From contig OZ244239.1 in the NCBI GenBank assembly GCA_965217115.1, forward strand, positions 928,001-992,000: a stretch of DNA of 64,000 nucleotides. The letters run 5' to 3'. The DNA comes from Bdellovibrionales bacterium (GTDB taxonomy: Bacteria > Bdellovibrionota > Bdellovibrionia > Bdellovibrionales > CAYMLA01). The position numbers and the translations under genes are program-made. Below are positions 29,566 through 40,297 of this stretch, piece after piece (the first letter of the stretch is position 1; the number at the start of each line of letters is the position of its first letter). The notes below the pieces were generated by a model. The model was not told the origin of the DNA. It saw nothing but the letters and a program-made list of their open reading frames with translations, and ran no database searches.

Positions 29566-30654
29566 CTATTGATTCAATAACTTATCAGCTATCTTTAATG
29601 CCGCCTCAGGAATATACATCTCTCGAGCACTTTCTCCCATCTTTTTCAATAAAGAAGGATTTTGTACAAAAAATTCTATTTTTTCAACTAATATTTTCCC
29701 CGTTAAGTCTTTCTGCAGGATCATCTCTGCCGCTTGCTGATTCACCAACTCCTGAGCATTTTTTCTTTGATGATCGTCCGCTGCTGTTGGCAAAGGAATA
29801 ATCACCGCTGGTCTACCTGCCGCCATCAATTCAGCCATCGTCGACGCTCCCCCTCGACAAATTACCAAATCAGCCCACTCTAAACACTCTGACATATCAT
29901 GAAGATAGCTTCTCACATTCACAAATGAAAATTTCTCTGCGTATACCGCCTTCATCTTAACAAAATTTCTTTGCCCTGTTTGATGAATTAAACTCACTTC
30001 TATGTTCTTTAAAGCCAATTCACTACAAACCTCATAAACTACTTCATTAATAATAGTTGCCCCTTGGCTTCCTCCAAAAACCAATATTTTTAACGCTTTA
30101 TTTTCTTCCATTACCTTATCTTTCATTTTAGAAACCAATTCAATTTCTCTTCTAACAGGTAATCCAACTCTCTCCACTCTCCGTGTTTTCAAATACTCAG
30201 CTGCTTTGTCGAAAACAACAAATGAACGCCGAACAAAGAAAGAAAGAATACGATTTGTCAGTCCTGGAAATGCATTTGGCTCCCACAAAAAAGTTCGCCT
30301 ACCCAATAAAGAAGCCATCAAAACAAAAGGGCCAGAGGCATACCCTCCCACACCTAAAACAGCCACAGGTTTTAAAATACAAATTAAATAAATACTCTTA
30401 CAAAACGCTACAGGTAAGAAAAATAACGTTTTTGTTTTAGACCATAAACCACCACTATGGTTCAGCTTCCCTACTTTCAACAAATGAAGATCAAAACCTT
30501 CTTGAGGAAGAATTCTCTCCTCCAAACCACCATAAGCTCCAACAAAATGAATTTTTATCTCTTTATTTGAACGATCTTCCAAGGAACGAGCTATGGCAAC
30601 GCCTGGGTAGATGTGACCTCCAGTCCCGCCCCCTGCAATAACTATGTTTTTCAA
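29566..30654 (-). CDS. murG: Lipid II GlcNAc transferase
   Basis: AGGGTGGHIYP, GGYAS, GGSQGA, HQRKNA. Confidence 0.98.
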   Translation of the reverse strand: MKNIVIAGGGTGGHIYPGVAIARSLEDRSNKEIKIHFVGAYGGLEERILPQEGFDLHLLKVGKLNHSGGLWSKTKTLFFLPVAFCKSIYLICILKPVAVLGVGGYASGPFVLMASLLGRRTFLWEPNAFPGLTNRILSFFVRRSFVVFDKAAEYLKTRRVERVGLPVRREIELVSKMKDKVMEENKALKILVFGGSQGATIINEVVYEVCSELALKNIEVSLIHQTGQRNFVKMKAVYAEKFSFVNVRSYLHDMSECLEWADLVICRGGASTMAELMAAGRPAVIIPLPTAADDHQRKNAQELVNQQAAEMILQKDLTGKILVEKIEFFVQNPSLLKKMGESAREMYIPEAALKIADKLLNQ

Positions 30655-31820
30655 AGTTTTGCTCTATAAGAAGATGATCGTCGGGAAGATGAACGTGCTG
30701 GCTTTCGTGTCACTAATCTCTCCAAATTCATTAACAATCCCATACAAAATGCCATCATTAACAAGGAGCTTCCTCCATAACTAATAAATGGTAAAGTTAA
30801 GCCCTTTGTAGGCAATATCCCTAAAACTACGCCTGTATTAATAAATACATTCAATGTAAAAGTCATCGTTAAACCAACAGCCAATGCCTTAGGAAAAATC
30901 TCTTTCAATTTAAAAGACAGCTGAAAACCTCTGAAAATTACAAAGCCATAAAGTACCATGATAACTAAAAAACCAATAAACCCTGTCTCTTCACCCAAAA
31001 CAGCCAATGTGAAATCTGTATGTGCTTCAGGTAAATAAAATAGCTTCCCCTGCCCTTGACCTAAACCACTACCAAACATCCCCCCTGAGTGAAAGGTCAA
31101 CATACTTTGGATAACCTGAAAACCTTTCTCCTGCGCGTCTGCCCACGGGTCAACAAAGGCTAGCATTCTAGATTTTCGATAGGGGACCTTCATCACCAGA
31201 AAATAGAATAAAGGAATTATTGCTAGGATAGCTCCAAAAATAAAACGCCATTTCAAACCGAAAGCAAAAAGCACAGCCACAGCTACAAACATACAAATTG
31301 CAAAAGAACCAAAATCAGGTTGTTTCAAAAGCAGCAACAACGGTGTGAAAAAAACAACTGCCTTCACTCCCCAATCTACCCAAATATTTTTATGCAAAGG
31401 CTTAGAGGAAGCCAGGCAAGTCGCCAAAAACAGACTCAACGCAATCTTTAAAAGTTCTGAGGGTTCAAATCTCAAACCCCAGGGAAGACTTATCCATCGC
31501 AAAGACCCTCCTACCTTTACTCCTATGCCAGGAATAAATGTAGCTATCATACAAAAAACTGCTAAAACCCAAAGAGTCCAACCCCATTTTTGAATCCACT
31601 TAAAGGGAATATTAGAAGTTAATAACAGCACCCCTATAGCCAAAATGCTAAAAACAGCTTGTTTTTTAAAGAAATAAAACCCATCTCCTAAAGATTCTAG
31701 AGCATATATAAAGCTCGAACTATAAACTTGTACTAGACCAATGCCTATAAGAGCGATCACAACCGTTAAAAGCCCACGATTATTTTTCTGCAACCTCTCC
31801 CCCCCCAAGCTGGCGTACAT
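30651..31820 (-). CDS. ftsW: SEDS peptidoglycan polymerase FtsW
   Basis: EPSELLK, QPDFGS, LPEAHTDF, KGLTLPFISYGGSS. The start may be TTG at 31793 (strong SD). Confidence 0.97.
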   Translation of the reverse strand: MYASLGGERLQKNNRGLLTVVIALIGIGLVQVYSSSFIYALESLGDGFYFFKKQAVFSILAIGVLLLTSNIPFKWIQKWGWTLWVLAVFCMIATFIPGIGVKVGGSLRWISLPWGLRFEPSELLKIALSLFLATCLASSKPLHKNIWVDWGVKAVVFFTPLLLLLKQPDFGSFAICMFVAVAVLFAFGLKWRFIFGAILAIIPLFYFLVMKVPYRKSRMLAFVDPWADAQEKGFQVIQSMLTFHSGGMFGSGLGQGQGKLFYLPEAHTDFTLAVLGEETGFIGFLVIMVLYGFVIFRGFQLSFKLKEIFPKALAVGLTMTFTLNVFINTGVVLGILPTKGLTLPFISYGGSSLLMMAFCMGLLMNLERLVTRKPARSSSRRSSSYRAKL

Positions 31821-31836
31821 AATGCTAGTCTACTTA

Positions 31837-31865
31837 ATTGTAGCGTAAATCAACTGTAACGTAAA
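31837..31865 (-). promoter_or_regulatory. Putative internal sigma70 promoter for ftsW and downstream genes, inside a 16-bp direct repeat
   Basis: Minus strand TTTACG-N17-TACAAT; repeat units at 31835-31850 and 31851-31866. Confidence 0.45.
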
Positions 31866-31988
31866 TTATTAATAAGCCACTCAGAAAGAATCAGGCTCAA
31901 GAAAAAGGCCAATTTCGACCCATGCTTTAAAACGATGACAATTATTTCGGGAAGGTATTAAGAAAACATGCTTAAATAGCCACAATAA

Positions 31989-32177
31989 TCAATGAATTTC
32001 CCCGCCGTTGGGCGTCGGTTCCATATTTGATTGTCTTTCTCTCTGTTCCTTTTTCTCTATAAATTTTCTAAGTTTTCCTGAACAAGAAGTTATCCAATTA
32101 GCTACACCAGAGAAACAACATTCAGCAGCTGCCATCAATAACTGACCACTTATTTTTTCATTTAATGCCGTCGGATT
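31989..32177 (-). pseudogene. Orphan C-terminal fragment resembling the paralog-array proteins
   Basis: Open frame NPTALNEKISGQLLMAAAECCFSGVANWITSCSGKLRKFIEKKEQRERQSNMEPTPNGGEIH*, compared with array copy B GLTAIADCCEGALEN...TCEEKLQQAIAKK...AVH*. Confidence 0.6.
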
Positions 32178-32178
32178 A

Positions 32179-33564
32179 TTAATTAAAAGAATTCACAATT
32201 TCTTTAAAGTACTGCCCACGTTCTATATAACTATCAAACAAATCAAAACTAGAACACCCAGGGGACAATAACACCTTGTCACCAATGCGAGATTTTTGAA
32301 AAGCGACATGAACTGCCTCCTCAAAAGTTCCAATCAAAAAGGTTTCCGATTCATCACCAATATCACGATTAATACGTTCCTTAGCTTCGCCTACAAGAAT
32401 CAAAGTTTTCACTTTTTGTCGAACCACTTGGCGTAGAGGTTCATAGTTTAAATTTGTGTCTTTTCCTCCCGCAATTAAAATTACATTTTCATTAAAGGAC
32501 TCTAGCGCTCTGAGAACAGAGTGAACATTCGTTGCCTTAGAATCATTGTAAAACTCTACTCCTCCAATTTTTTTCACATATTCAAGACGATGGGCTATTC
32601 CACGAAATTTTGACATAATGCTCTCAATGGCCTCTCTCGTAGCCCCGTGCTCTTTTGCTGCCAACATAGCAGCCATAAAGTTTTCAACAGAGTGTGGCCC
32701 TTTCATTTTTAAGCCCTCAATAGAAAATCTCTCAATCTCAGGCCCCGTACGCACACGCACCTCTTTATCAATATTAACAGCTCCACCTATATTCATAATC
32801 TGAGATTCTAACGATGGTTTGCGAGAAAAATAAAATATTCGCCCACGCTGAACAGAGAGGTCACGAGCTAACTCAACAACCGCATTGTCATCGGCATTTA
32901 AAATACTTGTCGTAGCTTGATTCGTATTTAAAAAGATCCTTCTCTTTGCATTGATATAATCCTCCATTGATTTATGGCGGTCCAAATGGTTTTCAGCTAA
33001 ATTTGTAAAAACGATGTTTGAAGGACAAAATGTTTCCACATGCTCCAGCATAAAACTGGATACTTCCATAATGACAACATCCGATTTCTCTTCTTTCAAT
33101 AAATATTCAGTTGCTGGCAAGCCATAGTTTCCACCCAACCAGACTTTTTTTCCTGATTCCTTCAAAAACAATTCTATTAACTTAGATGTTGTCGTCTTTC
33201 CATTTGTTCCCGTCACGGCAATAATCGGCTCTTTTATGAATTGAGCTGAAAATTCAAATTCCCCCGTAACCTTCACACCATTGTTACGAGCATAATCAAA
33301 TATTTTAAGCTGAGGATTAATTCCTGGGCTTAAAACAATCAAATCCTGTTGTAAAAATGTCTTTGGCGAATGTCCACCTAAATCGTAGTTCACGATATAA
33401 CCTTCCAAAGCATCCAAAGCCGTTGATAATTCAGGCTTAGATTTATGATCACTAATTGTAACCTCCGCTTCATAGCGAACTAAAAATTTGACCAAAGACA
33501 CACCTGAACGTCCAAGCCCAACGATTAAAATTTTCTTTCCTTTTAAATCACCTACTTCCATCAT
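32179..33564 (-). CDS. murD: UDP-MurNAc-L-Ala--D-glutamate ligase
   Basis: GLGRSG, TGTNGKTTT, EVSSF, HRLE, NDSKATN, SPGCSSFD. Confidence 0.98.
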   Translation of the reverse strand: MMEVGDLKGKKILIVGLGRSGVSLVKFLVRYEAEVTISDHKSKPELSTALDALEGYIVNYDLGGHSPKTFLQQDLIVLSPGINPQLKIFDYARNNGVKVTGEFEFSAQFIKEPIIAVTGTNGKTTTSKLIELFLKESGKKVWLGGNYGLPATEYLLKEEKSDVVIMEVSSFMLEHVETFCPSNIVFTNLAENHLDRHKSMEDYINAKRRIFLNTNQATTSILNADDNAVVELARDLSVQRGRIFYFSRKPSLESQIMNIGGAVNIDKEVRVRTGPEIERFSIEGLKMKGPHSVENFMAAMLAAKEHGATREAIESIMSKFRGIAHRLEYVKKIGGVEFYNDSKATNVHSVLRALESFNENVILIAGGKDTNLNYEPLRQVVRQKVKTLILVGEAKERINRDIGDESETFLIGTFEEAVHVAFQKSRIGDKVLLSPGCSSFDLFDSYIERGQYFKEIVNSFN

Positions 33565-33571
33565 TTTTGCC

Positions 33572-34648
33572 TTACCTCAACTTTAATGTACTAATGCTTA
33601 AAATAGCTAACAATATAGAAACAATCCAAAAACGGATAATAATCTTTGATTCATCTAGCCCCTTCAATTCAAAATGATGATGGATAGGAGCCATCTTAAA
33701 AACCCTCTTTCCTGTCAGTTTAAAAGAAATCACCTGAGTGATCACCGACAGAGCTTCAACAACAAAAATTCCTCCAAGTAAAACCAAAAGCAATTCATTC
33801 TTACTCAAAATAGCCATAATTCCCAGAAAACCACCCAAGCTGAGACTTCCTACATCACCCATAAAAACTTGAGCTGGATAAGAATTAAACCAAAGAAATC
33901 CCAGCCCTGCAGCGACAACCGTTGCACAAAAAGGCGCCAATTCACCAGCACCTGCTACATACGGGATCTGTAAGTACTCAGCTAAAATAAAATGCCCAGC
34001 AACATAAGCAAACAAAGCAAACGTTCCCGCGCAAACTATCACTGGGAAAATTGCCAAACCGTCCAACCCATCAGTCAAATTAACACTATTGGCACAACCC
34101 ACAACCACAAAGGTCGCAAAAGGAATATAAAGAACCCCTAAATCAAACACTAGATTTTTAAAAAATGGCACATGAAGCTCAGTGGAAAATTCACAAAAAT
34201 AAACCAGATAAGAAACAACCAATCCACTGATTAGAAACTCCACTAGTAAGCGAATTCTACCTGAGAGTCCTTTACTTCCTTTTTGCTGAACTTTCATCGA
34301 ATCATCAATATAACCAATCACTCCAAAACTAAAAGTGACTATCAGAGCTGCCCACACCAAGGGGTTAAAGAGATCCATCCACATCAAACAAGGAATTAGC
34401 ACACTTAGTAAAATTAAACCTCCACCCATCGTGGGAGTTCCTGTCTTCTTTAAATGTGACTCGGGCCCATCATCGCGGATAGTTTGCTTCATTTGCTTGC
34501 GAACCAAACGACGAATAAAACGAGGACCCGACAACCAAATAAGAAAAAAAGCCGTAAAAAAAGAAATGAACGTACGGAAAGTAATATATCGAAAAATATT
34601 AAAGCCAGATATCTGCTCCGACAAAGAATAGAGCCACTGATACAACAT
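33572..34648 (-). CDS. mraY: Phospho-N-acetylmuramoyl-pentapeptide transferase
   Basis: [37 protein letters not shown]. Confidence 0.99.
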   Translation of the reverse strand: MLYQWLYSLSEQISGFNIFRYITFRTFISFFTAFFLIWLSGPRFIRRLVRKQMKQTIRDDGPESHLKKTGTPTMGGGLILLSVLIPCLMWMDLFNPLVWAALIVTFSFGVIGYIDDSMKVQQKGSKGLSGRIRLLVEFLISGLVVSYLVYFCEFSTELHVPFFKNLVFDLGVLYIPFATFVVVGCANSVNLTDGLDGLAIFPVIVCAGTFALFAYVAGHFILAEYLQIPYVAGAGELAPFCATVVAAGLGFLWFNSYPAQVFMGDVGSLSLGGFLGIMAILSKNELLLVLLGGIFVVEALSVITQVISFKLTGKRVFKMAPIHHHFELKGLDESKIIIRFWIVSILLAILSISTLKLR

Positions 34649-34749
34649 GAATTCCCAACTCCTCTAGATCAAGATTCAGACCCTAGCATAAAAGGCTTAG
34701 CTATAGCAAGGGGGAATAATGGGCAAAACACTCTATATGTTTGATATTA

Positions 34750-35403
34750 TTAAAAAAATCCCCCTTGATTTCCCTGATTATTCTCAAAAAAATCAAAATC
34801 AATGCTGATAGCTGCCGCTAATATAATTGCTTTCTGTGATGATTCCCAGCTCCAATCACCAAAATCAATGGAAAAGCTGTCTGCATCACTAAAGGCTTCC
34901 TTCAGCAGTCCCTGCCATTTTTTATTAATTTCTCCGATTTTCTGATGACGGTTATTAAAAACCGAAAAGCGCCATAACTGCCATAATGGAGAACTAATAC
35001 GACCAAAAATATTTCCATCTCTCTCGACAAGGTCATACTTTTTATACAATAACCCAAAACGGCGACGGACACACCCTATATACTGTCCTCTGTCATCCAT
35101 AACGTTTAACTCAGAAAACAAAAAGAAAAAGTTTCTTGAGAAAAATAGCAGAGGGGATTTTTCGGTATTCATCACATCTATCTCTAAGGACCGATGAGAA
35201 CGTAAAATCCAACGTTTTAACTTCGTTGACCAGTTTCCTCCTCTTTCAACAATAACAGCCAAATGTCCACCGTTAGAATTCAAAAGATTATAATAATTCT
35301 TTGCTTCCCAGTCTATAAGGATCTCCATCCACTCTTTTTTCTGTGAAACAATTAAGCTTTTTTCTAAATCCAATAACTGTTGATATGATATAACTAATTT
35401 CAT
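34750..35403 (-). CDS. Phospholipid scramblase / LURP-one (Tubby-C fold) family protein
   Basis: QKKEWMEILIDWEAKNYY, IGEINKKWQGLLKEAFSDADSFSIDF, KAIILAAAISIDFDFFE. ATG at 35403 lies 2 bp past the murF stop. Confidence 0.85.
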   Translation of the reverse strand: MKLVISYQQLLDLEKSLIVSQKKEWMEILIDWEAKNYYNLLNSNGGHLAVIVERGGNWSTKLKRWILRSHRSLEIDVMNTEKSPLLFFSRNFFFLFSELNVMDDRGQYIGCVRRRFGLLYKKYDLVERDGNIFGRISSPLWQLWRFSVFNNRHQKIGEINKKWQGLLKEAFSDADSFSIDFGDWSWESSQKAIILAAAISIDFDFFENNQGNQGGFF

Positions 35404-35405
35404 CC

Positions 35406-36815
35406 TCAATCCTTCAAGCCTAATTGCTCTGATACTCCCCATTTTTGCAGAATTCTCTCTAACTTCATTCCACGAGAACCTTTAAGGACAACCAGTTCAA
35501 ACTTATCTAAGCAATTGCCATATTCATCAGCCCACTTTTCTAAAAAAGATTTCGATGAACGAAACTGACCTGAAAAATTAGCCCTCTTCAAACCTTCATT
35601 AAAAGAGACAACACTCTCACCAATGAACCAAATTTCATCGGAATTCTTGCCAGCTAAATATCCAACCTCTTCATGGGCTTTTTCCCTCTCTTGACCCATC
35701 TCTAGCATTTCACCCAAAATAACTAAAGATTTTCGTTCTTTTCTGGAAGTTCTTGCAAGGTTCTGAAAAAGAGCTTTCATGCTTTCTGGATTAGCATTGT
35801 ATCCATCAAAAATAATTTTCGTCTTATCTTTCTTTAAGACTTGATTTCGCCCCCAATAGCTCTGACAAAACTTCAGCCCACACCAAATATCTTCTCCTTC
35901 AAGCCCCACAGACAGAGCTAAAGCACTTGCCGCCATTAAATTTTGTCCATTATGCAAGCCAAAAACATTTACTTCACAAGAGCCTGTAACTCCTCCCACT
36001 CTTCCATCAATACGCAGTGGCTCAAACCCCTGAGCCTTAACATTTAAATTTACATCACAATTCATTTCTTTTTGGCTAAAAGTTTTTATTTGATCATTAG
36101 TATTTTTAAATTTCCCCATCATCTTTAATGTCAAAGGATCATCTAAGTTGAATACTCGTATGATAGAATCTGAATTATGATAAATCTCCTCTTTAGCTTG
36201 AGCCACCTCCTCTAAAGAAGAAAAGAACTCCATATGGGCTCTACCAATATTCAAACACACCACGACATTTGGTTCAGCAATTTCCACTAAACGCGCTAAT
36301 TCACCTTTATGGTTCATGCCCATTTCGCAAATAACTATTTCACTATTTTCCTCGGCTCCAAGTAATGTGAATGGAACTCCCCAATGATTATTAAAACTTC
36401 CTCGACTCTCATGAACTTTTTTAAACTTTTCTATTATTTTTTTTGTAAACTCTTTGGTTGTCGTCTTACCGTTAGAGCCTGTAATACCAATTACTTTAAA
36501 TTTATTACGACGACGCCAGTAGTTTGCTAGATCTTGAAGCCCCCTTAAGGTGTCTCTAACTTTTATCACTGTGACTTTTCGACTCACCTTCACATCAACA
36601 TCTTCATGGACAATCAAACAACTCGCCCCTTTTTCCACTGCTTGTATTAGAAAAAAATGACCATCAAATTGCTCTCCCTTGAGAGCAAAAAATATTTTCC
36701 CCTCTAGATTATTACGCGTGTCACTGCCCGTGCCAGAAAAATCAGTCTGCACCTGAGAGACAACCTCTCCACCTGTATTCTCCTGTAATTCCTTAAGAGT
36801 TAATTTCCATGCCAT
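35406..36815 (-). CDS. murF: UDP-MurNAc-tripeptide--D-Ala-D-Ala ligase
   Basis: ITGSNGKTTTKE, FNNHWGVP, EMGMNH, DGYNANPES, KGSRGMKLE. Confidence 0.97.
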   Translation of the reverse strand: MAWKLTLKELQENTGGEVVSQVQTDFSGTGSDTRNNLEGKIFFALKGEQFDGHFFLIQAVEKGASCLIVHEDVDVKVSRKVTVIKVRDTLRGLQDLANYWRRRNKFKVIGITGSNGKTTTKEFTKKIIEKFKKVHESRGSFNNHWGVPFTLLGAEENSEIVICEMGMNHKGELARLVEIAEPNVVVCLNIGRAHMEFFSSLEEVAQAKEEIYHNSDSIIRVFNLDDPLTLKMMGKFKNTNDQIKTFSQKEMNCDVNLNVKAQGFEPLRIDGRVGGVTGSCEVNVFGLHNGQNLMAASALALSVGLEGEDIWCGLKFCQSYWGRNQVLKKDKTKIIFDGYNANPESMKALFQNLARTSRKERKSLVILGEMLEMGQEREKAHEEVGYLAGKNSDEIWFIGESVVSFNEGLKRANFSGQFRSSKSFLEKWADEYGNCLDKFELVVLKGSRGMKLERILQKWGVSEQLGLKD

Positions 36816-38358
36816 GTAAACATTCCTTCGCTACGAAATAATCACTAAAAGCCCGTATTTCTTCACCAATCACCTGCTCTTCTTCGTGCCCCTTACCTAC
36901 GATCACAATTACATCTCCCTTCTGAGATTCTTGCAAAGCCATGTAAATAGCCTTTTTCCTTGAGACCTCTTGAACCACACAGCTTTTAACATACTTTTGA
37001 GAAAAACCCACCAACACATCTGCCATAATCTCCAGTGGTTCCTCTCCCCTTGGGTTGTCTGATGTTAAAAATACTCTGTCTGCAGTTTTTTCTGAAGTTT
37101 TTGCCATAAGAGGTCTTTTCTTTTTATCCCGCTCTCCACCACAACCAAAAACAACTGTTATTGTACACCCTTCAACACCTATGCTCTGTCTTAATTGATG
37201 AAAACTTGATAACACTTTCTCTAAAGCATCAGGAGTATGAGCATAATCAACAAAAACACTCCTATCACAAGAATTTGGTACGGCTTGCAACCTTCCTGGG
37301 ACTCCTTGAAATTGTCGCAAACCCTCTGCACATACTTCTAAACCAACTCCTCCTGCCACAGCCACCGCTAAAGCGGCAACTGCATTTTGAATATTAAAAG
37401 AACCAATTACAGGTAATGAAATTTTAACACTTCCTATCGGGGTTTTTACCTGAAACTGACTTTTTGAAAAATCCTGAAAGCTGATTTTATAGGAAAAATC
37501 ATCTCTGGCTTTTCCATGATTCTCTCCATAACTCCAAATCTCAACATTTTTAACACTTTTTACTACATTTATCATTTCATCAGCATAAAGATCATCTCTA
37601 TGAATGATTGCATATTTCTTTTTTTTATTGGAGCTCATTAAGAAGTAAGAAAATAACAGTTTTTTTGCTGAAAAATAATTTTGCATATTTTTATGATAAT
37701 CTAAATGATCCTGGGTTAAATTTGTAAAAACTCCCACATTAAAGTTTACAGCTTCCACTCTTTTCTGCATTAGCGCGTGACTGGAAACCTCCATGACCAC
37801 TGACTTAGCTCCCTGTTTTTTAAATTCAGCTAATCGCGAGTGCAAAGTTAACGAGTCTGAAGTCGTCAATTTCGATGACCAAGTTTTTTCTACGATCTTT
37901 CCAAAATTAACGCTTTTAATATGATGATCCAGAGTTCCCATAACACCCGTCGTTATTTTTGCATAGTTTAAAATACTCTCAAGCATATAAACTATCGTGG
38001 TCTTGCCATTAGTTCCTGTAATCCCCACACAAAAAAGTTCATCTGTTGGACAGTCTTCACTTTTATGGGCCAAGTGAGCTAAAGCTAAACGACTATCACT
38101 AACTTGCAAGATTTTTCCTTTGTAGTCTGTGGATATCTGACTTGTATCTTCAACAACAAGACCCGTGGCCCCTCTACGACAAGCTTCTTCAAGAAAATCA
38201 TGCCCATCAAAACGTTCACCTTTAATTGCAACAAAAATATCACTTTCTTGAAATTTCCGACTATCAGCACAAATACGAATAACCTTCACTTGCTTTCTTA
38301 CACAAGCTAAAAAATCACTTACGGAATTTAGAATATTCTGAGTCTCCATTATAATCAC
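36793..38358 (-). CDS. murE: UDP-MurNAc-dipeptide--meso-DAP ligase
   Basis: TGTNGKTT, MEVSSH, NLTQDHLDYH, DYAHTPDA, DNPR (DAP-type), GKGHE. Confidence 0.97.
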   Translation of the reverse strand: MIIMETQNILNSVSDFLACVRKQVKVIRICADSRKFQESDIFVAIKGERFDGHDFLEEACRRGATGLVVEDTSQISTDYKGKILQVSDSRLALAHLAHKSEDCPTDELFCVGITGTNGKTTIVYMLESILNYAKITTGVMGTLDHHIKSVNFGKIVEKTWSSKLTTSDSLTLHSRLAEFKKQGAKSVVMEVSSHALMQKRVEAVNFNVGVFTNLTQDHLDYHKNMQNYFSAKKLLFSYFLMSSNKKKKYAIIHRDDLYADEMINVVKSVKNVEIWSYGENHGKARDDFSYKISFQDFSKSQFQVKTPIGSVKISLPVIGSFNIQNAVAALAVAVAGGVGLEVCAEGLRQFQGVPGRLQAVPNSCDRSVFVDYAHTPDALEKVLSSFHQLRQSIGVEGCTITVVFGCGGERDKKKRPLMAKTSEKTADRVFLTSDNPRGEEPLEIMADVLVGFSQKYVKSCVVQEVSRKKAIYMALQESQKGDVIVIVGKGHEEEQVIGEEIRAFSDYFVAKECLHGMEINS

Positions 38359-40296
38359 TTACTCTAAAAAGATTTTTACAGTTTTATTTTTAGGGATTAA
38401 ATTTCCCGCTTTTGGACTCATAGAACTCACTCGACCTCTCCCTCTGACCCTGACTTTAATATCACTACCACTCAAGATTTTTAAAACTTCTCTTAAGGTT
38501 AATTTTTTTAAATCAGGAATTTTACTCAATTTCTCTTTACGATACTTTAAGCTTCGACGAATACTCTGTATAGCTCTCGTCTGGAGAAATGAACGTGTTT
38601 TTTTTATCACCTTTTCCGGAGAGATATTTTTCTCATTCAACCGCGTCGGGAGTAAACCATAATTGCGCACAGCAAAGGAGGCCACCTTAGAAAAGATAGG
38701 AGCCGCCACTTGAGAACCATAATAGCTTTCTTTCGGATTATCTACAGCAACATAAATAACAAATCGCGGTTTCTTAGCTGGAATAAATCCTGCAAAACTT
38801 GAAATATATGCTCCCCTTAAATAACCACGTCCCTTGGGATTGACCTTCTGTGCTGTTCCTGTTTTTCCTGAAACGACAAACCCTTTCACTCGTCCATTTA
38901 CACCAGTTCCTCCATTCTCAGTCGCTTTAGTAAGCATCATTTTTATCTTTTCAGCATTTTCTCTCGACAGAACACGACGAATTTCATGGGGACGAGAACC
39001 CTCAGGTAATTTAACTAAAGATGGCTTTAATAGAACCCCGCCATTGGCTATAGCCCCATAAGCATTCGCCACCTGCAGAGGGGTCACAGCAATACCGTGG
39101 CCAAAAGAAACATTGCTTAAAAGATGCTTATGCCAAGGTAACTTTTTCACAATTCCTTTAGCTTCCCCGGGAAAAATAATTCCTGTTTTTTTTCCAAAAC
39201 CAAAATTTAGAAGAGTTTTTTGTAAACGTTCACTACCCAAGTCAAAAGCTATTTTTGTTGTTCCTATATTTGATGACTTTGCCAAAATTTGACTTACAGT
39301 TAAATTTTTAAAGGAATGCTTGCGATCAGCTTCACGAATGACTCTTCGGCCAATACGCATTTCCCCATCTTCACAATAATAGGTAGACTCAGGAGAAACT
39401 ATTTTTTCATGTAAAGCTCCCGAAATTACAAATGTTTTCATTGTACTACCAGGTTCAAATATATCAGTAACAACACGGTTTCTACGTGAAAAACCTGCTC
39501 GTTTTCTTATGTGATTAGGGTTAAAATCAGGAACTGAAGCCATTGCCAAAATTTCAGAGGTTTGTGCATCTAGCACTATCCCTACTGCCGAATCCGCCTT
39601 ATACGTTTTCACAGAACGTCCAAGCTCTTTTTGTAACACATACTGAATCTCACTATCAATTGATAGATGAACATCTTCTCCATCACGAATCGAATTAAAT
39701 AGATATTCTCCCTCAACTAAAGAACGCCCACGGGCATCCTTAAGGACTTCTACTTTTCTTTCATCCCCCTGTAGGATTGAATTATATTGTCTCTCTAAGC
39801 CTTCTAAGCCTTTATCTCTTCCAACAAAGCCCAAAACCTGTCCCAGTAAACTCTCGTTAGGGTACAATCTCTTAGGTTCTTTTATAAACCCCAACCCTCG
39901 GATTTTCCAAGATTTAACAAGATTGTATTCTTTCTTATTCAAATATCTTTTAACCCAAATAAAACGACGTTGCCTTTTTTCTCTTATTTTTTTTAATATT
40001 TTACTTCGAGATATTTTCAAATAACGAGAGATCTTTTTGGCCACTGACGAGGGGTTTTTTATCAATTTAGGATCTGCAAATAAAGAATAGGACGTTACAG
40101 AAAAAGCCAACGGCTTACCTCGACGATCATAAATTCCCCCTCTCTTAGAGCGCAAAACCACTGTGCGATTAAATTGCTTGTTTTTAAGGCTCTGTAACCT
40201 CTCGTTAGGAAAAATTTGTAAAAACCCTGCACGGCTCACTAATAATATCCATAAAGATATCACGATAATAAAAAGACTCAATAAACGTCCTTTCAA
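38359..40296 (-). CDS. ftsI: Peptidoglycan D,D-transpeptidase FtsI/PBP3 with C-terminal PASTA-like domain
   Basis: RGGIYDR, EPGSTMK (SxxK), SSN, KTGTAQ. Confidence 0.96.
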   Translation of the reverse strand: MKGRLLSLFIIVISLWILLVSRAGFLQIFPNERLQSLKNKQFNRTVVLRSKRGGIYDRRGKPLAFSVTSYSLFADPKLIKNPSSVAKKISRYLKISRSKILKKIREKRQRRFIWVKRYLNKKEYNLVKSWKIRGLGFIKEPKRLYPNESLLGQVLGFVGRDKGLEGLERQYNSILQGDERKVEVLKDARGRSLVEGEYLFNSIRDGEDVHLSIDSEIQYVLQKELGRSVKTYKADSAVGIVLDAQTSEILAMASVPDFNPNHIRKRAGFSRRNRVVTDIFEPGSTMKTFVISGALHEKIVSPESTYYCEDGEMRIGRRVIREADRKHSFKNLTVSQILAKSSNIGTTKIAFDLGSERLQKTLLNFGFGKKTGIIFPGEAKGIVKKLPWHKHLLSNVSFGHGIAVTPLQVANAYGAIANGGVLLKPSLVKLPEGSRPHEIRRVLSRENAEKIKMMLTKATENGGTGVNGRVKGFVVSGKTGTAQKVNPKGRGYLRGAYISSFAGFIPAKKPRFVIYVAVDNPKESYYGSQVAAPIFSKVASFAVRNYGLLPTRLNEKNISPEKVIKKTRSFLQTRAIQSIRRSLKYRKEKLSKIPDLKKLTLREVLKILSGSDIKVRVRGRGRVSSMSPKAGNLIPKNKTVKIFLE

Positions 40297-40297
40297 C

